Assembly: GCA_040954595.2 (NCBI GenBank)
Contig: CM082578.2
Location: 10,795,166 to 10,859,165 of the forward strand
Length of the DNA: 64,000 nt
DNA from: Balanoglossus misakiensis
Lineage: Eukaryota; Animalia; Hemichordata
Direction: 5' to 3'
Shown here piece by piece: positions 36,561 to 50,000 of the stretch. Position 1 is the first letter of the stretch; every line of letters starts with the position of its first letter. The position numbers were made by a program, and so were the translations under genes. Below the pieces are notes generated by a model, which saw only the letters and a program-made list of their open reading frames with translations, searched no databases and was not told where the DNA came from.

Positions 36561-39170
36561 TCACAGCAAAAACGTTGCGATTGACAGAATACTGATGACG
36601 ATGCAGCTGGGCGTGATGACGTCAGAGCCACCTGCCATCAGCTCTCTCTCGTAGCCGACGCAGTTGTCGTAATCGCAGCAGGATACACAGCTCTCACTGT
36701 TGTCAGCTGAAAGATAAAAAAAATAAAAATTGTGGCCCACAGTAAGAATTATTGACCTCTGAGACCCTGGAGATTTTTTTGTATTTCAAGATAATTTATT
36801 GTGCGGATAGATTTGCAAGCATTGGTGAAATACGAACTCTTGAAATGTGGTATCACCCGAAACAAACAGAAAAAACTCCGCGTATATTGAAGTGCAAGGG
36901 AGCTAGCTGGACAAAAAATAGGCAGGTACATTTGGACTTCACTCAAGCATACAAACACACACGAAACAACTTTGTAGGTGATGTAATTACTTACGACTGC
37001 ATCCATGCCTGTTCCAGCATTGACTCGCACAGCCGTGGCGTTTCATCCACATGACACCATCCTCGTGCCAAAACTCACTCTGCATTTGAGTTAAAAAGAA
37101 AAGAAATTCACAATATTGTCGTCAGAAGTGACAAAACACACAGGCATGCAGGCAGGCAGGCACACAGACAGACAGACAGACAGACAGATGGACGGACGGA
37201 CGGACGGACGGACAGACAGACAGACAGACAGTTTACTTACCATGCAATAAGTCTGTTCTGGCGTGCACACTTGGACGTCATCTGGAGTCAATCCCATACC
37301 GGTGGCACACGGGGAGTGCTCGCTGACAAACCCGTCACACGTGTAGCACTTCAGTGGCTTATCTGAGATCAAAATTACAAAAAAAACCATGAGATAGTAA
37401 CACAAAATGTCAGTTCATTGGGGCGTGAAACCATGGGTTAACGATATCCAGTCATCGAGGCACATACCTGTGCATTACAATCATATTTCCGTCCATTTCA
37501 TGTGATGGCTGAATAAAGAGATAATTTGCAGTTTATTGTCAATCAAATGCTAGTAATTTACAATTTAGCGATTAATTTACAAATTTACGGTTCTTAGCAA
37601 AAATAATTTTTTTCCAAATTTAAACAGAAATGTCACACGCCAATATCTTTTCTCGAAGAATCTGCGCTGAAATCGCAACTTCGAGAAAATTGCATCTTGA
37701 AAGTTCCTCCATGGGCAAACAGGCGCATTCACAAAACTGGCGCTGTCACCGGCCTGTACGGCGATAGGCTTATATAATCAGGCTTTGGCGTGGTATTTAC
37801 CCCTACTTTCGCCCAGCCTGCAGAGTACACAAATATTCTATGCAAGGAATCCACTTTAATAACGAGTGAGAAGTAGTGGCGCGGTTGCCGTGGCGACACA
37901 CCTACTTGCCTATTTGCCGATCTTTTGTCAGACAAACGAAACTGTGCACTAGAACGTGTTTACATGGACAACAATTAGAAAACAAACTTCAGTACACAAA
38001 GAATCCGAGCAAATTGTCTGTTTCACGGTATACCCGCCAAATAAATTGTCTCGCAAACAGTGGCGTGATCAAACACGTGTCTTTGAAGTAGTCGGTGTGG
38101 TTCTAAATATTCCATTGTCATCCGATCTCCAACTCATCACAAAACCCACAAACCACGTGAAACTCCACTCGAGATTACGCAAAGTGAAATTGCCATTGAA
38201 ATACGCGTACTTATTATACACCTACTCCTGTAACCTATGTTGCTAAATTATTTAATGGATACAGAAATTAATGCCGTGGTATTCGCCGAAATGACAACGT
38301 CCCTTGAAGTCTCTAGTGCAACTTATGGTGATGGATTTCACGAAATTGCAAATTGGTCTCCTTGTACTATATTATAAGTAGCCAATTACTTGTTTTTTCC
38401 CTACCGTTATCCTAAATCATAAATAAAGCATTAACGTTTAATCGAAATTGGGACTGAGACCACCCGTTCTTACTGGAGTCGCGTGGTTACGATACTTACG
38501 GGTTTCACAGCGCATCCCGTAGTAGTTTGACGGGCAGCGGCAGGCTCCGCGGTGGCATTCACCAGGCCCGCAGTCAGAATCCTCCATACACCCCATCATC
38601 TCACCATCGGGTTCGTGTTCGGGATCTCCCATCGGGTCATCTCTCTCCTCCGAGTCCGAGTCGGGCTCGTGCTCTTCTTCCGGCATTGGCTCTGTCATCC
38701 CCTCCGGTTCTGGCTTATGCTCCGGTTCTGTCTCGGTCTCTGGTTCGGCCATTTTCGTAGCCTGTGGGTCTGCCATGGTCTGCGCTGTGTGGAGAGAAAT
38801 GCACGCGATATAGCAAAAAAACTGTTGCAACCACCGCAAATAGATCTGGCATAATTTATTATTGCGCCGGCACATCATTTCACGAATGTCATTACTCACT
38901 GAAGTAGACCATAGACAGCAGAAAGGACGGATATTTTTAGCCTCGGGTATTAAAGGCGCACCAGCTTTATCAAAAATGAACCGGATTAACTTCATAAAGA
39001 TTGCAATGGCCACAATTGCGTGAACCAGCTGAGGTTGAAATTATTCCCTTTGCGTATTAAAAGTCCAGACTTGAAATTCGCGAAAGGGGTGGAATTTTTC
39101 CTCGCGGAGAAATTAACTCACCATGCACGACAGCAAACGCTGCCACGAGCAATACCAAGTACTTCAGCAT
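36561..39170 (-). CDS. GPI-anchored protein: signal peptide, acidic E/P/D-rich linker, EGF, Ly6/uPAR (three-finger) domain (~228 aa)
   Basis: Minus-strand exons 39170-39122 (MLKYLVLLVAAFAVVH), 38784-38500 (EPE-rich linker + EGF C…CRCPSNYYGMRCE), 37362-37241 (LKCYTC…C…C…YCM), 37079-36995 (…HGCASQCWNRHGC) and 36706-36561 (CVSCCDYDNC… hydrophobic tail IVISILSIATFLL*). GT-AG, frame-consistent, 687 nt. Confidence 0.85.
37140..37230. repeat. Compound tetranucleotide microsatellite (GCAG)n(ACAG)n(ACGG)n
   Basis: Seen directly in an intron of the minus-strand gene. Confidence 0.95.
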
Positions 39171-39517
39171 CTTCTATGTTTGACCTGAGGAAGAAGAAAA
39201 ATAGTAGAATTCGAACAGATAAATGCTGTTGAAAAGATATGCCTCGGATTCGTGTGATAAATTCCCGAAAAACCTCGAAGAAAGAAAGGTGTATCCTCCT
39301 GTATGTGATACACATTAATTCACCGGCGTCACTTTTTTTCTGCGTGGAATGGGTAGTCTTAGGCTATTAATAGGCGCTCTGTTTAATAGATGTTGACGTT
39401 TTGATAAAACTGGGACTGGAAATTTATGGGGGTTCTGTTCATGTTTCATTGCCAATCCATTATGAACCTTGTGACCATACCATTCGTTTGCTAGAAGGCA
39501 ATTCAAACTTCACTTAC

Positions 39518-39639
39518 CCTTTTTGATCCTTTCGGAGATTCACTGAGACCCACCGGACTTGGTGTTGTCAGTTGTCGCAGTGCGGTGATTAATGCCAGAC
39601 GACAATGCCCCTTCTTCTCCCGTTTGGCTACCTTATATA
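39518..39639 (-). promoter_or_regulatory. Putative TATA box and non-coding first exon of the minus-strand EGF-Ly6 gene
   Basis: TATATAA on the minus strand at 39639-39633 and donor GTAAGTG at 39517-39511. An acceptor lies just upstream of the ATG exon (~39185). Confidence 0.5.
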
Positions 39640-41041
39640 CCTCCGAGTATACCACGACCCTATTGTTAACTCATCATATGCCCCGCCCATGCATTTAGGC
39701 AGTCGACGGAATTTCGGAGTGGGAGGAGTTGGCGAGACCGCGACGTCCCCCTTCAAGTACATTCTTGCAACTGTAGATACCCACTGCATGGCACATTTTA
39801 TTGTTGAAATAAAATTTCTATAAACCGGAATTTTCAGTGCCAGGACTTTTGTTCGTGGGTTGTCATGATAAAGATACGATGACGTTAAAATGTCCATGAA
39901 GTCAAAATGCTTTTAGAAGTGCTGCAGGCAGGAAAGCGCTGAATTTCCCGCCGGCTTTATGGTCCCTCATACGGGTTGTGAAAAATGGTGGTGTCTCCCC
40001 ACCCCCACAGCCCCAATCTCGATGCCCTTACGTACCCCCTCCCTCTGTAAACTCTGTCTTTTGTCTTTTGTTGTACAATTCGGTAGCTGGTACCCCGCCA
40101 AGCCTTTCAGTAGGCATATGCAACTCTGAATGTGATGTCGTCTGCGCGCCAATTGGCCAGCGTAGATCACGAGTAGATACCGATTGAGTACTGGAATGCA
40201 AACACAAGCTTCATCTCGGAAAGTGACGCGTTGGACAAGACTGTGTGCCAGTGAGTCGTCATGGTCACATTCAGTTCGCAGACCAGTAAAGTACAGTAAA
40301 TGGTGATGATCCTGTCAATGAACAATATAAAAATAGCAAACGATTGCAATCGAGGACATCATGTATGCAGTATTACTGCAAACTCTCGCTTATTTATTCA
40401 GGGTTTTGCAATTCATGTTTCGCAGAATCATCCATGTGATTTGGCTTCGGACAGGATTTGAAATAATGCTTTCCAGCAACATACTTCCAATTGAAAGTGA
40501 GTACTTTGTTGAAAGAAATGCAAAGTTATAGGCCTGAGCTACTGTTTGGAGAGTTTCTGAATGTTTAAAATATTAACAGACTGCGAATGACGAGAGTACA
40601 TAATTATACGTCGCTAATTTATAAATTGGCTGGTCAAATATACATCAATATTTTACCAAGTGTGATTTTGTTTCAGACATCTCCCGCAATTGGTAATTTA
40701 TCGTTCGGTTTCTCCTCCCGGGGTACGCCAGACTCTCCTAGCGCAGCAACGGAGTTAATCGACTTGAACGCACCCATAACCGTCGCCAAATGGTCCTCAG
40801 ACAATGCCGAGGAACTGTATGTACGCTAATGCAGAATTACATAATCTGTACACAAATCCTCCAAGCCCTCTTTTGTTTCTTTGGTATTCGCCACTCTTTG
40901 GATATCACAACGATTGTATTTCTTTTTTTTCCCCTGGGTAGACGTCGTCCCGATGATACTTTACGACAACTGGTCGTACAACGGGATAGTACAAGATTCA
41001 CAGCCCGCCGCCAAAGCCTCGTCAACATCCCAGGGAGCAAC

Positions 41042-44000
41042 ATGACGGAACGTGAATACCGTATACAGACGATTGCTTGGAAGGGCAGTCTTGCGAAACT
41101 CCCAGGGAATAGAAAGGTAGGTATTGCGACGTGTTTTGGTCAAGCAAACACTGTCGTTTGGCGTTCGAATCTCTGTTTTGAATGAATGGTCGTGGTTTCT
41201 GCAGAAGGCGGGATGGTGATCCGCGGAGTGAAAGGGCCGGTGCGTGTCTCGTTTGGAGACACAGTGTATTTCGTTTCCTGTTATGGATGGGTTGTACCGG
41301 ATGAATTTGGGGACGGACGGACGTATGTACAGTGAACCAGTCCTTCCTTCGCAGACAAAATTAGAGTCGGTCAAACACTTTACTCCAATGACAGCAGTCG
41401 ATTTTTGTTACACATTTAAAATACTGAAAGAAATGCAGCTGTCGAAGATATTTTGCCGCGATCTTTGCAGAAGGTTCCCTACGTTTAATGTTGGCGATTT
41501 CTTCGTTTCATTCAAATCAGGTGGTACTCACTCTTGGCTTCCTGACGTCACTTGTCTACGTTGCTATCTACATCCTCGGGTCGTCAAATTCACAAACTCA
41601 ACACGTTGGTCACGGCGCGGATGCGAACAGCGAGTAAGTATACATCTCCTCTCCTCCCCACCCATGCCTGTCTGGCAAAACGAGAGAAAGTTCAAACATA
41701 ATCGCCCACAATAAACATTTGTTCTAAAATGGAGGTTTATGTTTGCGGAATCAATGATCTAAAATAATAGGGTCCGGGTTTTCGGTACTGTCGGCCACTC
41801 GCACGCTGTTTTGCTACTCTCGTGGCGGCCACTTGGTATGTGTATTTGAATCAGACACACACTGCAGGCAGACAAGTTCACGATATCGGCTAATATAGGG
41901 CCTATGGAGATTCGTGGTGTAAGACTTGCCAACTTTTTTTTTCATTCTGACAGGAAGAAAAGAACCCTGCCGGATGGATCAACGCGACTGTTGTTGCCTG
42001 GTGACACTTCGTGCGCGCGTCAAAACGACATCGCTTACGTGTTCAATCGGAAGACGGGAAGCACTACACTTGTCAGTCTGCTGTACCGATATGCTACGAA
42101 ATACAACTTTCCCTTTCTTCGTGACGTCATCGTCCACAAATCGGAGAGACACGGTGGTTACATGAGACTTTACCATGTCCGGGGACTGTCTGAACAAATG
42201 GCCACTGCGCACAAGATTTCGAGGCATCAATATCTACTGCCCTCTAACATGACCATGTTGAAATTCACAGCGGACGGCGTAAGAACTCAGAGCAAATCCA
42301 TCAACACTGTCTTTCTTTCCATTGTGCGCGATCCCGCCAAAAATTTCGAGTCTGCTTTTGAATTTTTCCATATAGGGTCGTACGTGAGAACCGTGCAAGG
42401 GAGGCGACTGGTCCCTCGGGGAGCGCCGAGCCCGATCGTGGAATTCCTGAAAACGCCTGAATTTTACCGAAGGTTCATGAAACTGGGGGGTCTGCACTGG
42501 AGTGTGTCCAGAAACAGCCAATTGTGGCAGTTCGGCCTCGCGCACAGTTACCATGACGACGAAGAGGTCGTCGAGGAGTACCTGGAGCAGCTGGAGAAGG
42601 AGATCGATCTGGTCTTCGTCACGGAATACTACGACGAATCTCTGATTCTACTGAAAAGGCTGATGTGCTGGGACATGGAAGATATCCTGTACATGTCGAG
42701 GAGGGTGAGAGTGAGGGACACACGGTCAGAAATGACGCCAGAAACACGTGACAGAATCTACCAATGGAATCACGCTGACGTCAAGTTGTACGACAGGTTC
42801 AACAAGACGCTGTGGAGGAAGATCAGCGAATACGGGGACGGCTTTGACGCGGAACTGCGGTCATTCAGACAAGTCAGGGATGCGGTGGCAACCGACTGCG
42901 AACATTACCAATATCTCACGGAAGACTCTCTGCTGGTGATGAGAAAAGCGCACATTTTCGTCAAAGATTCCGCCGGATACTGCAGGCTTCTGAACTCGTG
43001 GTTTGATTTTGAAGTGACCACTGCAGTTGAGACCAACGGTCCTGTGGACTACAAGATTATCCCAACCCGCGAGCGTAAGTTTGAATAGTACCACTAAAGG
43101 CCCGTGTGCTGTGCAACTGTTTACTCTGTTTTGGTGATTTTACTTTTCAACTGAAGTAAGTTCTTGCATGTAGATGTGTGTTTATACCGAGGTGCGTGTG
43201 TAGAAGTTCTTCAGATTGCTTCATTAGGATTGGCCAATGCGTGGATATGTTTTAAAGACTTACTGATTTTAAAAGTATGTTTATTCATCTAGTCTCTTCT
43301 GGTAGCCCTTCAAATTATCTGATGTGGGTGAAATGCGAACAGCAAGAGGCACCATACCACTGTTTCATCCATTGCCGAAATTTTTGATGTATTAAAAAAC
43401 ATGGGCACAAAGGTTCTGAGGTCCCAATTCTTCTGGCGACTAGAGAGGGCGCCCTCGAGCGACGCAATTGCCAGACGGAGAGGACACACTGGAGTAGCCC
43501 AAACCCCTCGCGACACAGTCAAAGGTGTAGGGATATAGGAAGCGTGTATAGGATACAATATAGGCATGTTACGGGTCCGGGTTGAGCGCCCCCACTCGCC
43601 ATAACCGTACCCCTGGACAGGGTTCAGATGAGGACCTCCAATGCAATACCCACATCTTTCTGTTGTGCGTTCTTCCAACAGGGTTTGTTGGCTCCATATC
43701 GAGACAAACCTCGCTCGAAACATACGCAGGTCCAACGTGTGTAGAAGTTGACTATCACCGAGAGGGTATTTCGTCGCGCCTCTTCAGAAACTGGCGGAGA
43801 CCGAGTCTTGACGTGTACGTCAAAACGGACAATGAGACCATCGTCCCCAGACACATAAAGAGCTTGAAGCCAGGGCACTTCCACGCCGCCTTCCAAGTTG
43901 AGGCTGGTCATCATTTACAGGTGAGAGAAGGAGGCATATTTTTCGGACCGAACAAAAAGTTAGTGTGCGGTATAGCCGTCCTCGTTCGGCTGTTCCCGCC

Positions 44001-44304
44001 TCTCGCGATAACAGCAGACGAGAACAGCAAAGCCCTAACAAATGTAAACGCCGAGCCCACATCTCTACACCAGGCCCTGATGATTGGTGTTTCGGTGCAA
44101 GCAGTCCGGCCAACACTGTAAAATGCAACTTACTCCACATACCTGGTGCATCATGTCAACAGCAGGCGCTCAAAGCAACATAAAATGGTGCCAGTTTAAA
44201 GTTATGTGTTCCATCTCTCTCCACAGGTTGTCAGCCAAGCACACTTGTCGACAGAAGAGTACGTCGTAGATAGCGTGCGAGTGAAGAAGCCACCTTGTAT
44301 TTGA
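41042..44304 (+). CDS. Galactose-3-O-sulfotransferase family type II membrane protein with C-terminal MAM-like domain, paralog A (~541 aa)
   Basis: Exons 41042-41116, 41521-41633 (TM anchor VVLTLGFLTSLVYVAIYILG), 41954-43074 (KTGSTT 5'-PAPS site; SIVRDP…FESAFEFF 3'-PAPS site; DLVFVTEYYDESLILLKRLMCW; WNHADVKLYDRFNKTLW), 43682-43920 and 44227-44304. Frame-consistent, 1626 nt. Confidence 0.88.
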
Positions 44305-47031
44305 AAACCGCACTTTTCGCACAACACGACAACAGACCCACTTGTTTACTGCATCGTCGCAAACCACGGCCCTTTTACGGCAGCGCTCTGCTCCCCGCAA
44401 AAAGGCCGTGGTATAATACGGGCATGTATTCAGTATTTGGTCTAGGCGCTTTCATAGTACATCCAACAACCAATTAGATTGCTTGTTACATCCCATTCAC
44501 GCATCTCATTACATCTCATTCTAAACAACATGGCGGCTTCCAGTGGCAGTGCTCCGAGTCTGAGTGAGAGCGAAGAACGTGCAGTTTTGATTGGCCAGAT
44601 TATAATGATGTCATCTCATGAATATTTATTACCAATATGTTCAAATACCAGCGCAGTACTCCATTTTAACCAGAGTACAAATGTACGCGATTTCGATAGT
44701 GAAACGAAAGAAATCCGTAGTCTGGAGGGGCGAGAATGGTTTACTGTGGATTATACCACCGACTGACCTAGATTGAAATTCATCTTACTTTCCAAAAACT
44801 GTAAGCCCCAGTCACACTGATGACAAAAAAAAAACATTGCTGCAGTGTAGGCAGAAATCTAAATGAATATACCACATCAATTTACATGTATGATCATCTC
44901 TGTGATACTATCATAATTGTTGACTTTCCAAATAAGTAATGTGACTCAGAACAGAATGCAATGTTCTTGATAAACACGTCGCGTGTAATAAAAACAACAG
45001 CTGTTACGCCTACAATGCATGCAATTGTACATGCTTAAGGTTATCATGGACATGGTGCAAAATGTCTTTATTATATACTCCCGGGGTCTTACTACAGTGG
45101 CAGGGAGGGGGGTCACATTTTAATAGACGGCAGGGTAATAGGTAGGGTCACAGTTGGCAATGCAGGTATACCCAGAATTCCTCTGACCCACACCTTGTAA
45201 ATACTGAAGGCCCCCTTAGTAAACCCACCCCCTCCTCCACGACGTCTCTCGTCTGTTGTGGCCTTAGAATGCGCGCGAAGGTGATACAAACAGCAAACTG
45301 CACATTGCTACAGATAGGAGCATTTCGAAGTTGGGAATCATTGTACGCACCACTGCTTTCAGTCACTGCACTCGAGAAAATGTGAAGTCATTTCACCCGA
45401 GGTTTAAGTTCCCCTCGCTGGCATTTTCCACAGATGAAGGTAAGGGTAATATAACTAAGGTGTCGAAGGAGGACTGGAGGTAAGCTTACCGGCGCTGCAT
45501 GACTTTGAGACTCCATAAGATGCAGTTGTTTTAGTGATATTAAGCTTTGCTGTAAGACGAATATATGCCTTACCTAGGAATTCTAGTCCCAGCATTGCTG
45601 TAGAATTAGGCTTATTCGCTAATGGTTGAACGTCCCAGGCAAAGGACAGGTACGTATACCACGAATTTTTGACATGTTCACGACATAGTACACGCATGAT
45701 GCAAACGGTTGAACTGATCAAAATTGTAATACATTGTATTTGTATACCGACTGCTGTGACCGTCCCTGGGACTGGAGTGTGTCTTTTGTGTGCTATATTT
45801 ATAAAAAAAAATATAGATTGTGTTGTCCCCCCGACGTGTGAATATTTTTATGATTTGTTGTGAATTCGCGAAGAAAATGTCACCTAGGTTTTCGTTGCGA
45901 CGCGACGTGCACTCCCTTGACCTGGGGAGAATTAATTTACATAACAATAAGACCAATGCAAAATATTGCCAACAAAGTTTCAATTTTGAGTAAATATGGT
46001 GAACGTACGCGGCGTCGCGTCGCTCGATGCGAAGACAAGGTTATAAGGTATATGAAGTCAGAGAATGATATGTATTTAACGTCGTTTCAAACGACAGAAA
46101 GGTCTAAACAAAGAAACAATTATTGGAATCGTTTCACACATGTTATTCGGCCCTTTTTGGCCGGATGAGAAACTTGCTCTAGAGGCGCTCTTCTCCCATA
46201 GCTTGTTATAATCAGACGGCCACATTTTTGCAGCGTCGTGTCAATTAACTGTAAGTGGTCAATGAAATGTAATTACTGATTCACCAATACATGTACACTG
46301 ACTTTTACACTGACCTTCACGGCAAGCGATGAACATGTTCATTGAAAATGGAGTGACCGTGATAGGTAGAGGTGGCAGAAGATTTCGGGTAAAATAATAA
46401 AACATATTTTATTAACAATCAACTGTCATCACGCGATGGCGACTGCCTGCGTATTATTATGTAGATATATTCTGTCCGTGATGCCGATCCCGTGAAGGGA
46501 AAACAATATGGTCAACGGGTGCATGACGTAACCGACGGTCGTAACGCCAATTTTATAGTGCCAGTTGTTTAGAACCCCAACGTGCTTGTTCCATTGTTTT
46601 AAGCGGACAAACGGAATCGATCAGTTCATTCTTGATGAGAAACACTAGTGACATCATGCATGCCGTCACGATAAATGGACGTCATTTTAAACTGCGAAGA
46701 AAGTCAGTGACATTGATATAGCCATTATTGTTGTACTAACAATGATGAGTGAAAGTCATCCGTGAACAATTCTAAGCCTTGTGTTATGTATCGGGGGTAA
46801 GAATGGAGATGCGATATCCACGCATTCACGGTTTGTCTGATTACGTGAGCATGTAAATTCATATCGATTACCCCTGGCAATGCATAGACACGGTGACCAA
46901 ACGAGGTTTGATGCATGCATTCATAAATGCTATTTTGGGCGAATTATATGCCAATCCGTGTACCCTTGGTCTTCCAGCTGTGTATTTCCCAACTGGACCA
47001 GTGGCAGTGCAGCTGAAGATACCGTGCAAGA

Positions 47032-50000
47032 ATGCTGTCGGCTGTTCGAAAGCGACTCCCCACCAACCGACAGGTAAGCGAGAGCCCCCTGGGCACCAGT
47101 ATGGGAACTAAAAACTGTGATGAGCGGAACTTCATACATGTACATGTAGGCCTATTTATCACTCTGACTTCGAGTCATCCCGCTGCCCATTCGTCACCAA
47201 TCGCTCGTATTCCTGATTATGCCGTTGGTAGTGTACCGAAGTTAAAAAGATATTGATTTTAAAAACGGGTTCACGAAGGCAATTATACTGCGGACACACT
47301 TTATTGTCTTCAACGCAGTTGGATCGAATTCAGATCCTGTTAGAATCCGACACAAACATTTCCACACGCTGCCAACAACACATTAACATAACAAGAAAAA
47401 GTCATAAGGTTAAAGCCATGGGTTTATAGGCACGACAGACGTTTACATACATATACATACATACATACATACATACAGACGTAATAAATACATGCGGCAT
47501 GTTGTTTCATTGCGCCCCCCCCCCCCATTATCACGTTGCAGTTCCAGTCCAGGGTCTACACAAATCGCGCTGTTGGACAACATTTCTCACGTGTTTATCA
47601 AAGAACGAATATTCTATCTCGTTTTGTGGGACATGGTCAAGTTTTAGACCGTCCGTAGTATCCTCTGTCGGAATAGTTTTGAGACTCAACCCACCAGCTA
47701 TCTCACATGCTGCTCCTTATTTCTTGCAGGTGTTCCTCGGCGTCACCGGTTGCCTAGCAATATTTTACATCACCTACTGTGTACACGGTTCACTCGGCGG
47801 ATATCCCGCTATGTCGTCGGTCTTCCAAGACAGCGAATTCAGGTGGAAAAATAGTCGACGTTGGTGGCGCAATGTATTTTCTCTCCTCACGCGAAATGCA
47901 CATGGGATTTTAATTGACCCTTCCTTATGCATGTACGATGTACACGTATTTGATGGTATCTTATATAACACGGAAAGGCTAGGGTTCAATACGGGTCATC
48001 CTAATTTTAAGCTCCCTCCACAATTCTTTACTATCAATCACGTGATATGGCCATGTGACCCCCGGCGTTGTCATTACCAGATGACGGGCAAGCAATATTT
48101 CGGCATACTTTTAAAGTTTTTCCGAGTATGTTTTTACTTTAAAACAGCCAGACACGTAACATATGTATCAGTTATGGTGCCTCATCAGCCTCGTGGCATT
48201 TCGTCTGCACAGCCTTTGTCTGCACCACGTTGCTGAAGTTGCCCGTCATCTGGAAATTTGAATGCCAACGGAACAGCGTCTGACGTCACTTGATATCAAA
48301 GAAAAGGTCATCCTCAAACATTTCAGTATTGTTTCGATCACATCCAAAGAATTGTTATTTACGTTTAACCGGGTTCCTTGTCGTGGTTTTCTATCACGCA
48401 GTATTTATCAGAATATATCTCTATTCTCTCCACGATATCTAACAATATTCTCACCCCTCCCTCCACTTTCCCAACGTCTCTGTCTTTCATCTTCTCGCCA
48501 GATACTTTCCAGGCCAGAAGCAAGTCGCCTGGGAGACTTCGTCCAACTCGACATGCAGTGGGAGATACGACGTAGCCTACGTGTTCAATCGCAAGACTGG
48601 CAGTACGACGCTGGTGACGTTGCTCAACAGGGTCGGTCGGAAGTATGGCTTCCCCATGAAGAGAGAGATCAGCTTGCACAACTCCAACGACTTTGGCGGT
48701 CTCCTGAACATGTACCACTTGGGCGGGGTGGACTACAACAGCCACCTGGAGACTGGCGCTCGCGCGGGCGCCCAAAAGCGTCGCAACGTTTTGCTTCCAA
48801 GCCACGACCGGAAGTTGAGAATTGTTCAGGGTTTCGTTGGAAGTCACCAAGTAACCATCGATACGATATTTGTGTCGATAGCTCGAGATCCAGCGGCAAA
48901 TTTCCGATCAGCCTTCGATTTTTTCGATATCTCACAAAAGTACTTCAACGGACAACAGAGCGACTTCGAAATGTTTCTGTCAAATCCCCAGTACTATCGG
49001 GAGAAAATGCCAAACGGTTCCCTGGCATGGGCCGTCACCAGGAACAGTCAACTGTGGCATTTCGGTCTCGACCACAGTTACCATGACAACACGGAGGTCG
49101 TTGATCAATACATCGACCGAATCAGCGAAGAAATTGACTTGGTGCTATTGAACGAGTACTACGACGAGTCGCTAGTTCTGCTGAAGAAATTGCTGTGCTG
49201 GAACATGGAGGACATACTGTACATCGCCAGGAGAGTCAGCCACTCGCCGCGGTCTAATCTGTCGGCAGAAACGCGCCACAAAATCTACCGCTGGAACAGC
49301 GCCGATGTGAGATTGTACGACAAGTTCAAGCAACTGCTGTGGGAGAAAATAGAGGAGTACGGAGAGAGTTTCCAGAGAGACCTCCAATTGTTCAAAACGC
49401 TGAAGAATTTGGTGACGGACGACTGCGACGGATTGCACGCTCTCAGCCTAGACACCATGGAGTACCTGTCACGGCACGGCACGTACATCAAAGACGGACG
49501 ACAGTACTGCAAGCACGTCGAGGCGTGGTTTTCATTCGATGTCGATGTGCAGTACGAAATCATGGGTCCTAGAGAATACAAAGTCTCGCCAACTTCAAGC
49601 AAGGCCTGTGAGTCAACTAAGCATTTGCTGTTGTTGCTTGGTGTTGTTTTCGTTTGTATTGCAAGCCATGCGTTAGGGCGGGTTAATAACTAGTGTTGAA
49701 TGTCGTGCTATTTTGAACTCGATGTGATTGAAATGCCTGACCCTATCTAGCCATTGAGGGCGTTGATAAAATAACGCGAAGCATTCGCAGGGAAAGTATA
49801 CACTACCATATCAGTGAGCGGAGCCGGACCCGTACACGACTAAATCATTCAGTTGCCATGAAATACTTAGATAGATTTCCCAAAAATGAGTAGCCTCCTT
49901 TTTCGTCTTCATTTTTGAAAACCCCCACCTCCAGCTTTCCATTTTATGAGAGACCCCTTTGGGTGCTCTGGCCCCACCCCCGGTCCGTATATAATGACGG

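Noticed and set aside
41771-41835. Candidate extra exon in sulfotransferase paralog A
   Set aside because: It would end in phase 1, but the catalytic exon needs phase 2. Direct splicing 41633->41954 keeps frame and matches paralog B.
49608-49693. Hydrophobic C-terminal tail (LLLLLGVVFVCIA) of the 370-aa ORF as a second TM helix
   Set aside because: It lies after a GTGAGT donor at the position equivalent to paralog A's donor, so it is probably intronic read-through.
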